A DNA stretch of 64,000 nucleotides. Source: Octopus bimaculoides (lineage: Eukaryota). Below the pieces are notes generated by a model. That model had not been told where the DNA came from. It saw nothing but the letters and a program-made list of their open reading frames with translations, and did not search any database. Each line of letters begins with the position of its first letter. Position 1 is the first letter of the stretch. This document shows positions 10,011-24,160 of the stretch, in pieces. The stretch spans positions 54,522,807 to 54,586,806 of the forward strand of contig NC_068995.1 in assembly GCF_001194135.2 (NCBI RefSeq). Direction: 5' to 3'. The position numbers and the translations under genes were made by a program.

Positions 10011-13000
10011 TATCTTTTTTACACTGACGAAAATTATCTGATCTCAAAAAGGTGTAAACAAGCAATGATCCAGGACTATCTACATTAAATTTCAAGCTCA
10101 GTTTTATAGATCTCGAATATGTAGTGTCTTGAGATTGTTTACATCTTCAGAAAATAAATGTTTTCCAAGTTGCATTATATATAAACATTCTCTTATTAAG
10201 TAATGGTCCAGTTATCTTATTCCGAAATAGATATCGGAGATGTATATACAATTCTTTATGCCCGAATGCAGGATGAATGTGGGCAAATTATCCAGGTAAA
10301 TTGAACAGAAGCATCTACAAAAGGCGGGTAGATCATATATTGGAAACCATTGTAATTAGGATGCATATGTTCTATTCCTCAAGGATGCACACCTCAGTAT
10401 ATATTTGAAGGAAAGAAGCTTCCTGGAAAGCTCTGTATAGCAACAACGTTATTGAACCTTTACATACACACATAACGAGTTGCTGGTATAAGTGTCGCTG
10501 AGAACTAAAACAAAAACACACAATCGCACACAATTCCACACCCATACATACAAGAGCTTTTGGGCACTGCTTACTTACTAAATTACTTATTAAAAGCCTC
10601 TTTCTAAGATTTTATGTAATTTGAAAACAGCAGGATATAAACGAAAAGCAGGAAGTGTTAGGAGCGATAACTGGGCTAGTTATAGAAATGAATTGGTACT
10701 CCTAATAGAATTATTTGAATAGATTCAAACATTGATGAATATGCGTGAATACAGAAAGATATCTGAATACATAAGTAATTATTAATGTACTAACTGATTT
10801 AATATAGACATTTGTACGAATTTGTGTTCAATATCATATTAATATAGACAAAACACACTTTAATATCTATCTCTTCATGTATACATAATTATGCAATGAT
10901 AAGTTTTATGCGTAAGATTTGGGGAAAGGATATTAAATAGGTCATGGCTACATAATTAAGAAACTGGTGAAAGAATTTAGAAATGTATATTAAAATGCAT
11001 TAATTATTAGAAATTTATAATGTAAAACATTCATAATGATAATAGCATTATTATGCTAATAGCAATGAATATAAAAATAATATATTGGCAAATGAAATAG
11101 GAGAGATTAATGTTGCTAATTTGTTATAGCAAATAATTTAGTTGATAGAATAACTTAATAGAATTATATACCGATGTCTACGAAGAAAGAGATGTCGATG
11201 ATAAACCTAAGTAGAGGAGTTTATTTCAGCGAAATTAGAAACTATGAAAAGTTACCGGAAAATTAATTTGAATAGTTTCCGTATTTCACTTTATAATTTC
11301 TTAACGGAGGGAAATTTATACATACATATAAACACATGGACCGTATTTATGTTGTATATATATATTCAGATATATATATATATANNNNNNNNNNNNNNNN
11401 NNNNNNNNNNNNNNNNNNNNNNNNNNNNNNNNNNNNNNNNNNNNNNNNNNNNNNNNNNNNNNNNNNNNNNNNNNNNNNNNNNNNNNNNNNNNNNNNNNNN
11501 NNNNNNNNNNNNNNNNNNNNNNNNNNNNNNNNNNNNNNNNNNNATATATATATATATATATACACACACAGATACACACACACACATTCACGCACACACA
11601 TATAATCACACTTTTCCTTATTACAGAAGATAATCTACAACATAAATGAAAGTGCGATTATATTTTATACGTATTTGGAGTCAATTGTTGATAGACTTCA
11701 TGCCATTCAGAATCGGGTTACTGAACACATTATATTACATTTGACCGCAGCAAAAAAACTACCTATTCAGTACAACAAATAAAGTAATAATGTTACTTAT
11801 TATGCAATCCAACCATCACCAATCTATGGCCAAGAGTTTTATAGATGGTGCAACTACTAATGTTTTCCATCGTATCCTCCGGCAATGACACATTCAACAA
11901 GATAACTGTCTCTGAGAACGATGCCAAATCACATATTTGATTTTTAGGGATATATGTTGCCAACAAAAACACCTCTACAACAGTAGAACAAGAAAGCTGA
12001 AAGCGATTCGGATGAATCTGCAATTCAATGTGAATTTGGCTGCTGATACAGATAAGTCTTTATATTTAAGAAGACTCGATTTCCAACAGATGCAAAAACG
12101 GACGCTTATTCAAATGTCATTAAAATTACATATTCTTTTTTGTGTAACTTTGCTACATGACCTAAAATGTATACTCTTCTTGCAACCCCTGCCAAAATGT
12201 CCGCTAAATGCTAAAGTATTTCATTTCGTCAGACATAAGCAAATGTTTAAAGAGATGTTCACGCAGCTGGTTTTGATATTGCAAATAATGAAACAGGACT
12301 CCAGGCAAGCAACTTTTGATGTCCATATGATCAGCCTTTACCATCATTTAGACTGCAGGATGAAGAGACCACTAGCACCTTGTTGTTGCCTTTTGGAAAA
12401 TGATATTTTGCCATTACGACAAAGAGAGAAAGAAAGATAGAGAGAGAGGGGGGGTAGAGAGAGTGAGAGAGACAGAGAGAGCACTCAAGAAAGACAGTGT
12501 AGTCTATGAATATGTTGGATATTACAGCTCCTGAAACTGCTACAAATATTATTGAAAACCAAAACCCATATATAATCTTTCATAGGCAAACAAAACATTT
12601 TTACGAACATCGTCTACCCAACCACTGTATAAGCCATAATGTTCACACAGAAAAATCGTTTAGATATTTGACAAAATAACAGCCACTATGCACGTCACAA
12701 TACATTAAAAGCTATATTACATTCAACACAGGGTTGCAACAAGCACTCTCTCCTTAGACCTTTTTTTTGCTAATGAGAATTGTGTTAACTAGAGACTGGA
12801 AAATGATGTTTTCACTTTAACTTCGTTTCACCTTAGCTTGAAGAGCAAAAGTGGTTCGAAACGTTTCGAGTAATTTACTGATTATTAATAAATACGCGAG
12901 CGTGTACATCACTGTTTATGGCTGTGCCTTTGTATATGCACTCACACACACGCATATGTGTGTGTGCATATGTGTGTGTGCATGTGTTTATGCATGCGCA

Positions 13001-13699
13001 TGTGTACATAAATATACATGTATATTAATTTTTATTTCGTATATATGCAATTTATAAAAGCCTATACACGACTCGTCGTGTAAAACTTCACCGTCTGGTC
13101 TCTTTCTCTATGCTATAAAATGACGATTGTGTAAAGCTGTTACATCTGTGTTAATATATGAAGGTTGTTCTATAATTTTGAATTCAGAGCACAGAATCAT
13201 TGGACATGAAATAGTATAACATTCATGACTTTTCTTTACGGTCACCAGATTTTCTCTTTATATGTCAGTTAATGCTGCTACCTTGGCTTTGGGGGTTAGC
13301 TGTCAAGAATATAAGAGCTGCTGCATCATTGATAATTTACTGCTTTGCTTTGCCTCGTATTCGCAGATTAATACGCAACAGGTTTACTAGTCAGTAAGGA
13401 ATATAATGCATGGAATTATTAAGTCCTCGCTAATTGTTCATGTAAAAACACAATGACTATAGGTTTTTATAGAATTTTAGCTTTATCTTTGGCACAAATG
13501 TGTAGATATTACTATTTATTGAAGTGCAAAATTGTTGCTGTGTAATATTTGATGACTACAACGAGGGTAGATTTAATATACTTCATGATAGGAATACTAA
13601 ACTTGAAGATCGTGGTGATTATGAATGTGAAGATGAAATCAAAATTAATAAAGACATTAATAAAAAAAAACAATAATCGTTTTTACTCTAAGTAGAAAA

Positions 13700-13880
13700 A
13701 CAACAATTTAGGCAGAAGGATTTCATAGATTGCAACGTTGTCGTGTTCAAAAGCTTGATTTGTACGTTATTTTATCGACTTCGGTTGGATAAAAGGCAAC
13801 GTTGATGTCGCAATAAGTAAAAACATCATAACTATTAAAAGCTAGAAATATTAACGAATGCTCCACTATACTACTAACCG
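13700..13880 (-). mobile_element. highly decayed tRNA-derived SINE
   Basis: gtacgttattttatcgacttcggttggataaaaggcaacgttgatgtcgc matches the reverse-complement SINE core (tacttatttaatcgaccccgaaaggatgaaaggcaaagtcg). Confidence 0.5.
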
Positions 13881-14739
13881 ACCATCCCATCAATAGCAAT
13901 AATAACATTAATAATCATAATGGTGAGAAAAAAATAATAATAGATGTAATAGTTATCATGATGTTTTATTACATAAATGGAAGTTTATAAAAGATTGGGA
14001 GAGGCTATAGTCCATTATTTTGACACCAGAACATAGTGAAATGATATGAAGACGGTGGCGCAATACTAACAACTATGTAATCTACTTTGTCTTTAAACAT
14101 TGGCAATCGATAAAACAATTTTAAACAAGTAGTCCAGTCAATTATATAGATTATATTTGCTATACTAGATTTCTCTTAGTGTGCTTTTTTTCTTAGAAAT
14201 CTTAGCGATAATAATATTATTTGTTAGAGTGTCGGGAAAAAATCTTTCCAATATTTCTTCCCGCTATTTACCTTCTGAGTTCAATCCTCTCTACACTTAA
14301 GTCAACATCTGGTGTCGAGGGTACGATCTCATCCTTTTCTTTATTCAAACTTACTGTTCTTGTGTCTAAATCAGAATTATTACAATAACTATTTAACTAT
14401 TTTCATTCTGTAACTTAATGCGGAACTGTTACGTCGTGTTTCTCAGAGGTGTACAGCATTCTCTCATTTATTCCCATACAGCATTTTGAGGCGATTAGGC
14501 GAGTATACTCTCTTCAAATTCATGTGTTCCATAAGTCTTGTCTTCGTGGAGTTTAGTTTCTTGCTACTTGTTATTTTCGTCTTTATTTTTAGTTGTACTT
14601 CATATGTTATGTGGAATGTGTAATTTTATTAGGCATTAATCGTACACACGCACGCACTCACGCACGCACACGCGCGCACACACACACACACCCACCCATT
14701 ATATCGGTTGTCATTTTTGTACATATAATAGTATATACA

Positions 14740-15900
14740 TTGGGCTTGCCATGTTATATGGAATTCCTGGGGTTTATTGTTTAAGGGTATATGTTGTGTG
14801 TGGAGTCAGTTATGTTTAAGCTGTTCGAATCGAGGGAGAGTGTTTTGCGCAAAATGTGGCCTCTTCATTGCTAAAATATTTTTTTACGGATTGTGTGTAG
14901 TGTTTTCTGACATAGACCCTATTCTTCTTTGCATAGTATTTTAAAACCATACTTAATAACCCAGTTAAAAGTATCGCTGTCTACGTATAATAGATTCTGC
15001 GTTCCTTTTCCCTGCAACCTTTCTGTTCTTCGGGCAGCAAGTTCCGGTTGTCAAGGTGCTCGTAAATACTTTCGAAGAGCATTCCTCTTAACAGTTTCGA
15101 GCCTGGTGGTCTATAATTGCTATGTTCTTTCTCTATTCATCAAATCTAGTTTTACTTCTCGATTAAAGCAATCCTGAAGTTGTTCTCTCAACCTCACAAG
15201 TAAACTACTATATTTCTTTAACCAGTACTCTTGAATAAAATCTCATCCTGGCTTCTTCCAATTCGGCATTTTCTCCAACATTTTACTCATTAATGCACTG
15301 CTTTGTCTTGCTAATTCACACTAATTACTTCTTCGCTTATTTTCTTTAGATAAGCTGCATCTCTATTATGTTTGACTGGTCGATCCCAAATACTACTTTC
15401 TAGGTTCTCGTGCATCTTCAGTACTTTCTTTTACACTATTTGTTTGGCTATAAAATCTCCTCTCCTCTATCAGAAACAATTTCTTCTGTAGATACTCATC
15501 TATTCCTCTTTGATATCTGGAAAGCTTTCCTGTTTTTGCTATGTTATGATGTTTCAATTCTTCCATGACAACAACTTTTCTCTTTGTCTAAGTATTTTTT
15601 TTTCCAAGAGAAGATTTAAACTTGTGTTTCCTAACTTGTTCAGTTTCTCGGCTGCTATTTTACTCAGATCTTTTCTTAAGGTCATTACTTTATTTTCGAA
15701 TCTGCTTCTCCTCATTTCGTCTTTTCTAATCTTTCCTTGAGGAAAAGTAATCTTCTAGTTACTAACAATACTAATTCTGTATAGATCAAGAAGTTAGTGT
15801 CACCTATAATTTTAGTGTCTATCAGATTAATAACAGAATCTGCTTTCCTAGTCATATCTAATGGCTTCCTTCTGTCGGTACCTTTTAAAGCTGATATTCC
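14740..15900 (-). mobile_element. decayed R4/Dong-like non-LTR retrotransposon fragment with internal deletion
   Basis: Minus-strand translation with stops/frameshifts gives EKMPNWKKPG (~15246-15277), SNYRP, SIYEHLDNRNLLPEEQKGCR (~15010-15070), then within ~150 bp GHILRKTLSL (~14832-14861), resembling the RT N-terminus and the ORF C-terminus of R4-clade RLE elements. Confidence 0.8.
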
Positions 15901-16039
15901 TTAGTCGGGATATTTCATACTTACGAGGGTTGTTTCTATCTATATTTTCGCCTTCCTTCTAGACTACTCGCGAGTCAAAGGTGCATTCAACATCAACTAT
16001 ATGCATGTATATGCATATATAAATATATTTATAAACACA

Positions 16040-16068
16040 CATACACACACACATGCACACACACACAT

Positions 16069-16153
<85 letters not shown>

Positions 16154-16200
16154 CATATACACACAAACCCATACACACACACACACATACACACACAGGT
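16040..16200. repeat. compound (CA)n-(TA)n-(CA)n microsatellite
   Basis: Directly visible. Confidence 0.95.
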
Positions 16201-16519
16201 ACATATATAACGTTAAACGCATATCAATCCCGAATCATGACCCAACGAAACATCGTTGATGAGCGTAATGGATATAGAAAAAGAATAACCTCTGTTTCTC
16301 AAGCTGGTAGTGACCTAAAATATCGTAATATGGTCATCGTATAATGAATGGACTTACACAAACACACACACACAATCGTATATATATACAATATCGATTA
16401 TACATCAAATCTACGATAAATAGTTTATGTTAAAACCTCTATACTAATGCATTCATTTATATATACATATGCATATATGCAGAGACACAAATATGTGTAT
16501 ACATACACAGATACACCAC

Positions 16520-16647
<128 letters not shown>

Positions 16648-17147
16648 TTAATGCACTCAAAAATATTTATTATTCCAGAGAAATACACAAATTTAAAAGC
16701 ACGGCAAAAAAGTGGTATAAAACGAAAAAGTATGTTTATAAACAAATCTGACAAACAAAATATGACGTTAATCCTCAGCTTCTACCAGAAAAGAAGTACA
16801 TCATCATAGTTGAGATATAAAATTCTATAATTTCTGTGATTTGGTGTTTCCAAGTAAATAATGACTGATTTCTAATATGAGTAGAAATTTTGAAGAAAGC
16901 TTTTATTTTCGGTTTGTAATTTTCATTTCATTAGATTTGAATATGATATACAATGACTTATTTACTCGCTATTCCTTAACATTATACATTTGTGTTTTCA
17001 GAAGTGCCGATTGCAATACGATATTCTTTGCCAAATAAATAGATGTTCCGTAGATACCGAAAGGCACAATCTTCCCCACAAACAAACACACACACACACA
17101 TACATATATTCTTTTACTGCGATGGGTTTGGTTAAGCAGCGTCTGTA

Positions 17148-17159
17148 AATAATAATAAT

Positions 17160-17198
<39 letters not shown>
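17148..17198. repeat. (TAA)n microsatellite
   Basis: Directly visible. Confidence 0.95.
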
Positions 17199-17200
<2 letters not shown>

Positions 17201-17470
17201 GAGTATTTTATAAGATTAAAGCTTATAAGTCATCACCGCGCAATGCCTAAAGAAAATTGTCTAACAATGAGGCATATAAGACTTCGACAGAAAAAAGTAA
17301 GTATTCCCGTACGCGTGGGACTCGAACTCACACATTGCTCTCTTTCCATATATNNNNNNNNNNNNNNNNNNNNNNNNNNNNNNNNNNNNNNNNNNNNNNN
17401 NNNNNNNNNNNNNNNNNNNNNNNNNNNNNNNNNNNNNNNNNNNNNNNNNNNNNNNNNNNNNNNNNNNNNN

Positions 17471-17559
<89 letters not shown>

Positions 17560-18109
17560 ATATAAATTTAAGTACTAGGTAATTTATACAGTGTGCGGTA
17601 TATAGCCTCATTACAGAAAATATTGTTTTTCTTGAGTTTACAAAGAAACTATCCAATGTTGTGGTATAAATCCAATAGTACTTTGCAAATGCAGTGTAGA
17701 ACCACGTAGGCAAATTGAATTCAATGCCTTTTACCTTCTTTCTGATAGAACATGACTTCTTCCCTCCTATCCGGTTAAGAAACTATTACAAATCACTACC
17801 GTGACATATGACATGACAATGATATATGACATTGTGAACTTACACGTTTTAATCTACTTTGCATTGTAATGAAATGCACATGTTACACCGGGCGTGTCTA
17901 CACTGTATAACATATCCTTTTTCCGAATGTTTACAGAGCATCAAATAACACTTACAGAGCCAGAATTATTTGTAATCAAGTGTGTTGCTTGAAATACATT
18001 AAAATGCTTAACAGGCTTCAAAAAATGATTATTTTGACACACGTAAGAGCTAAGATTTATCTCAACTATAGAATACATAGAATCAAAATATTGGTTCGTA
18101 ATTTAATCA

Positions 18110-18290
18110 TCACAAGTGAAGCAAAATTTCAGTAGAGGGGTTAATCGATATCATTCGTAACTAATACGTATCTGATACCGTTACTTGAAGGGCTATCGGT
18201 CAAATTCAACTCAGCGGGATTTGAACTCAAATCGTAAATAACCAAATGAAAGGCGACAACGTGGTAGTCCTTATACTCAACGATTCTCCT
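18110..18290 (-). mobile_element. highly decayed tRNA-derived SINE
   Basis: gttaatcgatatcattc...tcaactcagcgggatttgaactcaaatcgtaa...caacgattctcctagc follows the reverse-complement order of the 7.5-8.3 kb copies. Confidence 0.5.
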
Positions 18291-19860
18291 AGCATGTCAG
18301 GTTATTTGGAATGTGATTGATCTGAGATAGTGCTGAAAATATAATTAAATCATGGAAGAGACAATATTTTGATATTAAACTAACAAATTCGAGGAGAGAA
18401 CACATCAATTTTGATGTCAGTTATAATATTGAGAATGCTATAATTTGTAATTGTTTCTACTTGGTATAAACTGTACTTGTCGATTTAAATGTAATATAAG
18501 TCTGTTATTTCTTTTGCAATAATTTCACCTATATGTTTCTGAGTCGTGGTCATTGCGAAATGTTCTCCTTTGCAAAATAAATGAACTTTTCTTAGATATT
18601 ATCGAAGCACCAATTCACACGTCAGAAACATAGGTATAAATATTCAATAGAGAAAGACATTTTTTATTAAGACTAAAACACTAAAAGCGATGTTGATTAC
18701 TGAGAAGAAAACATAAGTCAATGTTTAGTGGATTAACATTAGAATATTCCGTAGATATGTTACACAATACTACTACAAAATGAAACTAATGTTTGTATAT
18801 GATCATATACATTGTAAAGAATTATGTTAATTCTTAGATTTTGTAATGAACATTTATGCAAAACCGACGGCATATACAACCCATCATATTTTAATTTGTT
18901 AAAACAAATTCTTACTTTTCTCCACAGTTTACCTCGTATGAAACCTCCACAATTTACTTCGTATGAAAATAGTAAATATACTTTGGAAAGGCTGTCTATA
19001 AGTTGTATAAATTGTATATCGGATCTCTCTCCTTCAAAAGAAGCCATAAACTACTATTTCCGATAAGATACCACATCATGATATATCGATATCTACACAC
19101 ACACACACACACAAGCACTCATACAAGCAGAAATACATACATATTTATATATAGATATAGGCATGTAAATAGACCTTCATTTATACATTCATATGTAGCC
19201 AAGCATAAATGTGTATATATATGTATGTGTGTGTGTGTGTGTGTGCGCGCGCGAGTGGTAAATGTTGTATAGTGTATATTTCATATAAAATGAGCATGAG
19301 TTGGACAAAAGATTGATATACAGTTACAGACAATGTATTAAGATTTCAATGGTTTCGAAATGATAAAATTGGCGCATCATGCACAGAATTGTCACCTATA
19401 TTCGGAAACAAATATTTGAAAGCTTGGAAAACTGCATTCGGGTGACAATGAGTTACAGACATAAATTAATTCATACGACTTCAAATTTAATTATTGAGAC
19501 TCTTACTAAACCTAATATGTGAATCATATATTCGCTACTACATATATGCGTGTGTGTGCGAGTGTGTGTGCGTGCGTGTGTGCGTGTGTGTGTGTATTGT
19601 CCTGCTGAATAGCACCTCGTAATGTTCAGATACATCCACATATGTTAGCGAAAACATGAAGCCATAGATATGTTAGTGGAATATTTCAATAATACAAATT
19701 GAAACACCAGATGGCTGGCCAGTTTTATTGCATTTATTATGTGTGTGGTCTCTCGTATCGCTTTCTAAAATGTTGTTAATATTCCTGTTTACGAATTGGA
19801 ATACAAGATCATTAATTAAATTGTCAAAAACGAAAGAGACCTAAACGAATATATGATTCA

Positions 19861-19903
<43 letters not shown>

Positions 19904-20221
19904 TACTATACATACATCATAATACTAGATGATGGAATGAAAAATATCTAATGTAAATCACTACATTTGTTTCCGTGCAGTAGAGTCAGCTGTTAAGTGC
20001 TGAGTATTCCAGTTATGCATATTACTATATATATATGATGATCCAGCAACAGGCGTGTTCCTGCATGTGATCAAGTGAATAGATGTGAGACATTGTAGAG
20101 AACGTAGTCAAGATTGTTCCTTACTATCGTCATTTTATACCTTCTTTTGGTGGAGAGTGGAATAAAATGTATACTCTTGAATAACAAGTGTGTGTGTGCC
20201 AGTATATATATATATATATAA

Positions 20222-20252
<31 letters not shown>

Positions 20253-21344
20253 GGTGTGTGTGTGTTGTGGGGCGTAAATAACAACTATCAAATACGCCTT
20301 TAGACATTATCTAAAAACGATAGTATATTTTAAATAACTCCTTCTATCATTTACGTAATTATTAAAAACTGTATGTGCATAATTCTATAGATATCACACA
20401 GATACTGCATCAGTCTCAAAATATCAGCTGACTCTAAAGTGGAGCAAGTCTATTTACGCTGTATATTATGATAAGAATATGATACACACATAGTAACAAA
20501 AAATGGCAGAATCTTTAGCACGGCGGGCAAAATTCTTAGCGGCTAACTTAAAAGAGAAAAGGTTTTATTTCTCAGGATGCAGCTCTATACAATGAGTCTA
20601 TTCTCTGCGTATACAAAATTATCCATGCGTAGTTAAATCAATATTTTGGATTTTCTACAGAACAATTTTGTATTTTTTTTCTCTGTAATTCATTACTTTA
20701 GTATGTTTTTGCATTATCGGAAATCGTATCGTACTAATACCATATAGGATGGATTACCAATTTGTTATTTATGGTAACTCATCGTTTATTTAAATCTCCT
20801 TTTACAAAAGTTCTCAAATCTGGCATTGTTCAATAAAAACCTTCATGCTTTATATTTAGCACTGTCTGAATACCATCTTGTCCCATTTTCATTTAAATTT
20901 TTCTACCTGATCTTCAATATCAACGTACTATAATTATTTTTTGTAATCTCTATATATTGCGTACATCCACTTCAAAACATACTTCCTTTGCGAATGATTA
21001 TGAAAAATAATCACTTTTAGTGTATGTATTTTACTGTACCACCAAGTAATTTTAAATCACGTAGCAAAGCATAGGTAGAGTGGTAACGTATTTGCTTGTT
21101 AAGTTATATATATATANNNNNNNNNNNNNNNNNNNNNNNNNNNNNNNNNNNNNNNNNNNNNNNNNNNNNNNNNNNNNNNNNNNNNNNNNNNNNNNNNNNN
21201 NNNNNNNNNNNNNNNNNNNNNNNNNNNNNNNNNNNNNNNNNNNNNNNNNNNNNNNNNNNNNNNNNNNNNNNNNNNNNNNNNNNNNNNNNNNNNNNNNNNN
21301 NNNTGTGTGTGTGTGTGTGTGTGTGTGTGCGCGTGTGTTTAGCA

Positions 21345-21760
21345 ACAATGGAATATCCTTCAGTATCCTGTAACCCTAGGTGCCCATATGATTGTCCTCT
21401 GAACACTAGATGTTTAGAAAATTATCGAGTGTACAAGGCCAGCATCATGGAGTTGAACTGAGCAAGAAACGTATAATGGAAAAATTGGAAACACCAGTAT
21501 GGAGACGTATACACTGCATTCCTAGACGAACAAAAGAGACACACGATATTTTCCAATGTTAGGGAGGCGTGAGTAACTCCGAAATAAACCGGAGCATCAT
21601 GGTTAGAGCATGCAAATATAGAGGATAGTGGAGTAAATGAGACCTCTGTATTGTGAAATATTTAAATATTATAACAACAACGAAGAACGTTTTGAGTATT
21701 ATAGAGGAAAGATTCTCCCTTGTATCCACAAGAAAACGTCATATTTCGAAATTCCGATTA
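21345..21760 (+). mobile_element. decayed Penelope-like element, GIY-YIG endonuclease C-terminal fragment
   Basis: Translation SCNPRCPYDCPLNTRCLENYRVYKASI matches the CNCR...CPL.G.CL...VVYKA pattern preceding GIY-YIG in Penelope-like elements; frameshifted downstream pieces (ETYNG.., YTAFLDEQKRHTIFSN) fit the YIG..F..RY..H..SF...K...T.LS segment. Confidence 0.7.
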
Positions 21761-23619
21761 TGAGCCCTTCCCTCCGCTCTCTCTACCATACGGAATAAGT
21801 TTTGGGATATCAATTATAATAATTGTATGTTCTATATGTGACTTATACATCTAGTAGTCTCCCTCACTAGACAAATATAATCGCTAATTATACACACCAC
21901 ATGAAAACCTGCGATGAAATGTAAATATTTAAAGATACAAACCTCCCTATTTATATACATACACGCATACATACATACATACATACATACATACATACAT
22001 ACTCAGCTTTATTTCCGTAGATTTGTATAATGGATTTGCATTTTACATGTGCCCTACATTACATACCATTATAATTTTAGGAATTTTAAAGAGAAATCAA
22101 TTTTATTATGAGCACGTTCTAGATTAATATTGTCGCTTACATGTTTATTCACACCTGACAGTCAACCCTCGTGCTACGCGTTCGAATACGCGCCAGTACG
22201 TTTTATTATCACTATTCATATGACTTTAAGAAAATTCACGGAAATTATATATGTAGTGAAATATGGAACGGGAAATGTGTGCAATATGCTTGGATGCATG
22301 CATACACGTGTTAAAAGTATTGAAGTTACTCAGAAATGTGAACCATATTTTATCTCAATTCGCCTGCCTTTCAGTCTAAGTTACATACATTTAAAATGAT
22401 TTTAATTATTTCGCGATAAAATCGAACTTATAACTAGTACATGCGATGCTATGCATTTTACTCTTTGAACAGCAATCATTTCTATCTAAGATCACGAAGC
22501 CAATTTATAATTCTGTAATGATTCGAAACGACAGGAAATCATACAGCTGACTGCAGCAAGTTATGGCTAATTGCACTATAATTTTAAATACTTTCATGCT
22601 AGCTCATGGCTGCTGAAAATATTTAAAGTAATATGCATGCTTATTCAGAAAGCCTTTTAGATGAAATAAAGCCAGTTTTGATGGTAGTGCAATTGAATCA
22701 TTTTATTGCGTTACATTGCATTTAAGTCTGGCCTTCATGCCAAATGTCTCTCTAAATGAACAAAACCTATCAGACTTTATACAGAGGAATTAATAAACGC
22801 TTCAGCGAGCGTAAATACTGGTTAGGTTATTGGCATATCACTATATTTTCTATCAGCGAAATGTACTCAAATAAATCATACTCCATGCCATCCTGCATAC
22901 ACGTTTATAGCTACGTTCAAAATATTATGCTCTGACTTAAGTATGTCACTGACTATGATGTTTTACACTTGTATTTATTTTATTTTTTATCGATAATTTA
23001 GATTTATATGTATCCAAGTGTTAATACAATTAAAATTAATGTATTTAACATATTAAAAGATAATTTTACATTAGCTTTAGTTTTCTATGTTTAAAATGTC
23101 TTCCTTTACAAATTGACATAAAATAGGTGAACTCATGATAAATGAAACATAGGTAAAGAAGCCTCACGTAATTATCAGTTTCTTGTACCTTCATCTATTT
23201 TGCGAAATAGAATGGTAATAAAATTTAGATAGAATACATTCATAAATGGCTAAAGAAATATGAAGAAAATGTATATTTAAAATGTGAATAATAATACTGT
23301 ATGAGGAAACAAATACGAATTCTAAATAAAGAAAATATATAGTAATTGCTAGTCCTTGTAACTGATTTATTTATAAACGTTAAAATGCTTAGTGTATATG
23401 TACACATGTACACTTAAGGAGACTCTCTGGCAGAAAAAATGAACATATGGCCTAAGCCTGTCTCGTTGAGCGTTCATATATAAGATCGAACTTAGAGGCA
23501 TTTAAAAATTTAATGTGAATGATAGAGGGAGATGTGCATAATCAGTGATTGGCAGGCATGGTTTATTAAGAAGTATTTCATTGAATGACATCCCGCATTC
23601 TACACAAATCACAAAGTAG

Positions 23620-24160
23620 TAAGTCATTCTTGGTCATCTCTCGCACTTCCTACCGTGTCGGTTGCTAAGCAGAAGGCACTGTTAATAGCATTCATTGGGT
23701 TGGTGTCGCAGTTGGTGACCAATCCAGCTCAGTCGGCGTTCCTTTATCCTTGCAGTCATTTACTTTTAGTGAACCCTTTGGTACAATGTATCATTGGAAA
23801 CGTGGTCGTTATGGGCTATTTCAAATAATTTCCTCATGTTTCTTGTGTGAAATTTGTTTATCGTGGCCCTTTGCCGATTTGAATTTATTAACTGTCTTGC
23901 ATCCATAAATTAAGAAAATCGGAACTGTTGTACGTCTTTATTTTCGCTCTTGGGTTGATATCAGGCGAACAGGGTTAATGAAGCTGCGACATAGCTCTAC
24001 ATGCTACTTTCCTGTCTGTGATGACATTGCTTGAGTTGTGAGATATATCAATTACAGTGGATCCAAGGTAAGTGAATTTATCAATGCTGGATTGCTGCTT
24101 TCCGTTTGCCAAGACGCCAGGTGTTTCGTCTGTGTTAATATTAATCGTGATGTACTCTAT
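23620..24160 (-). mobile_element. decayed RTE-clade LINE, RT C-terminal/thumb region
   Basis: Minus-strand translation DKFTYLGSTV (~24055-24082), LIYGCKT, NKFHTRNMRKLFEI..NDHVSNDTL and RIKERRLSWIGH (~23716-23750), in the canonical order; stops and frameshifts present. Confidence 0.8.
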
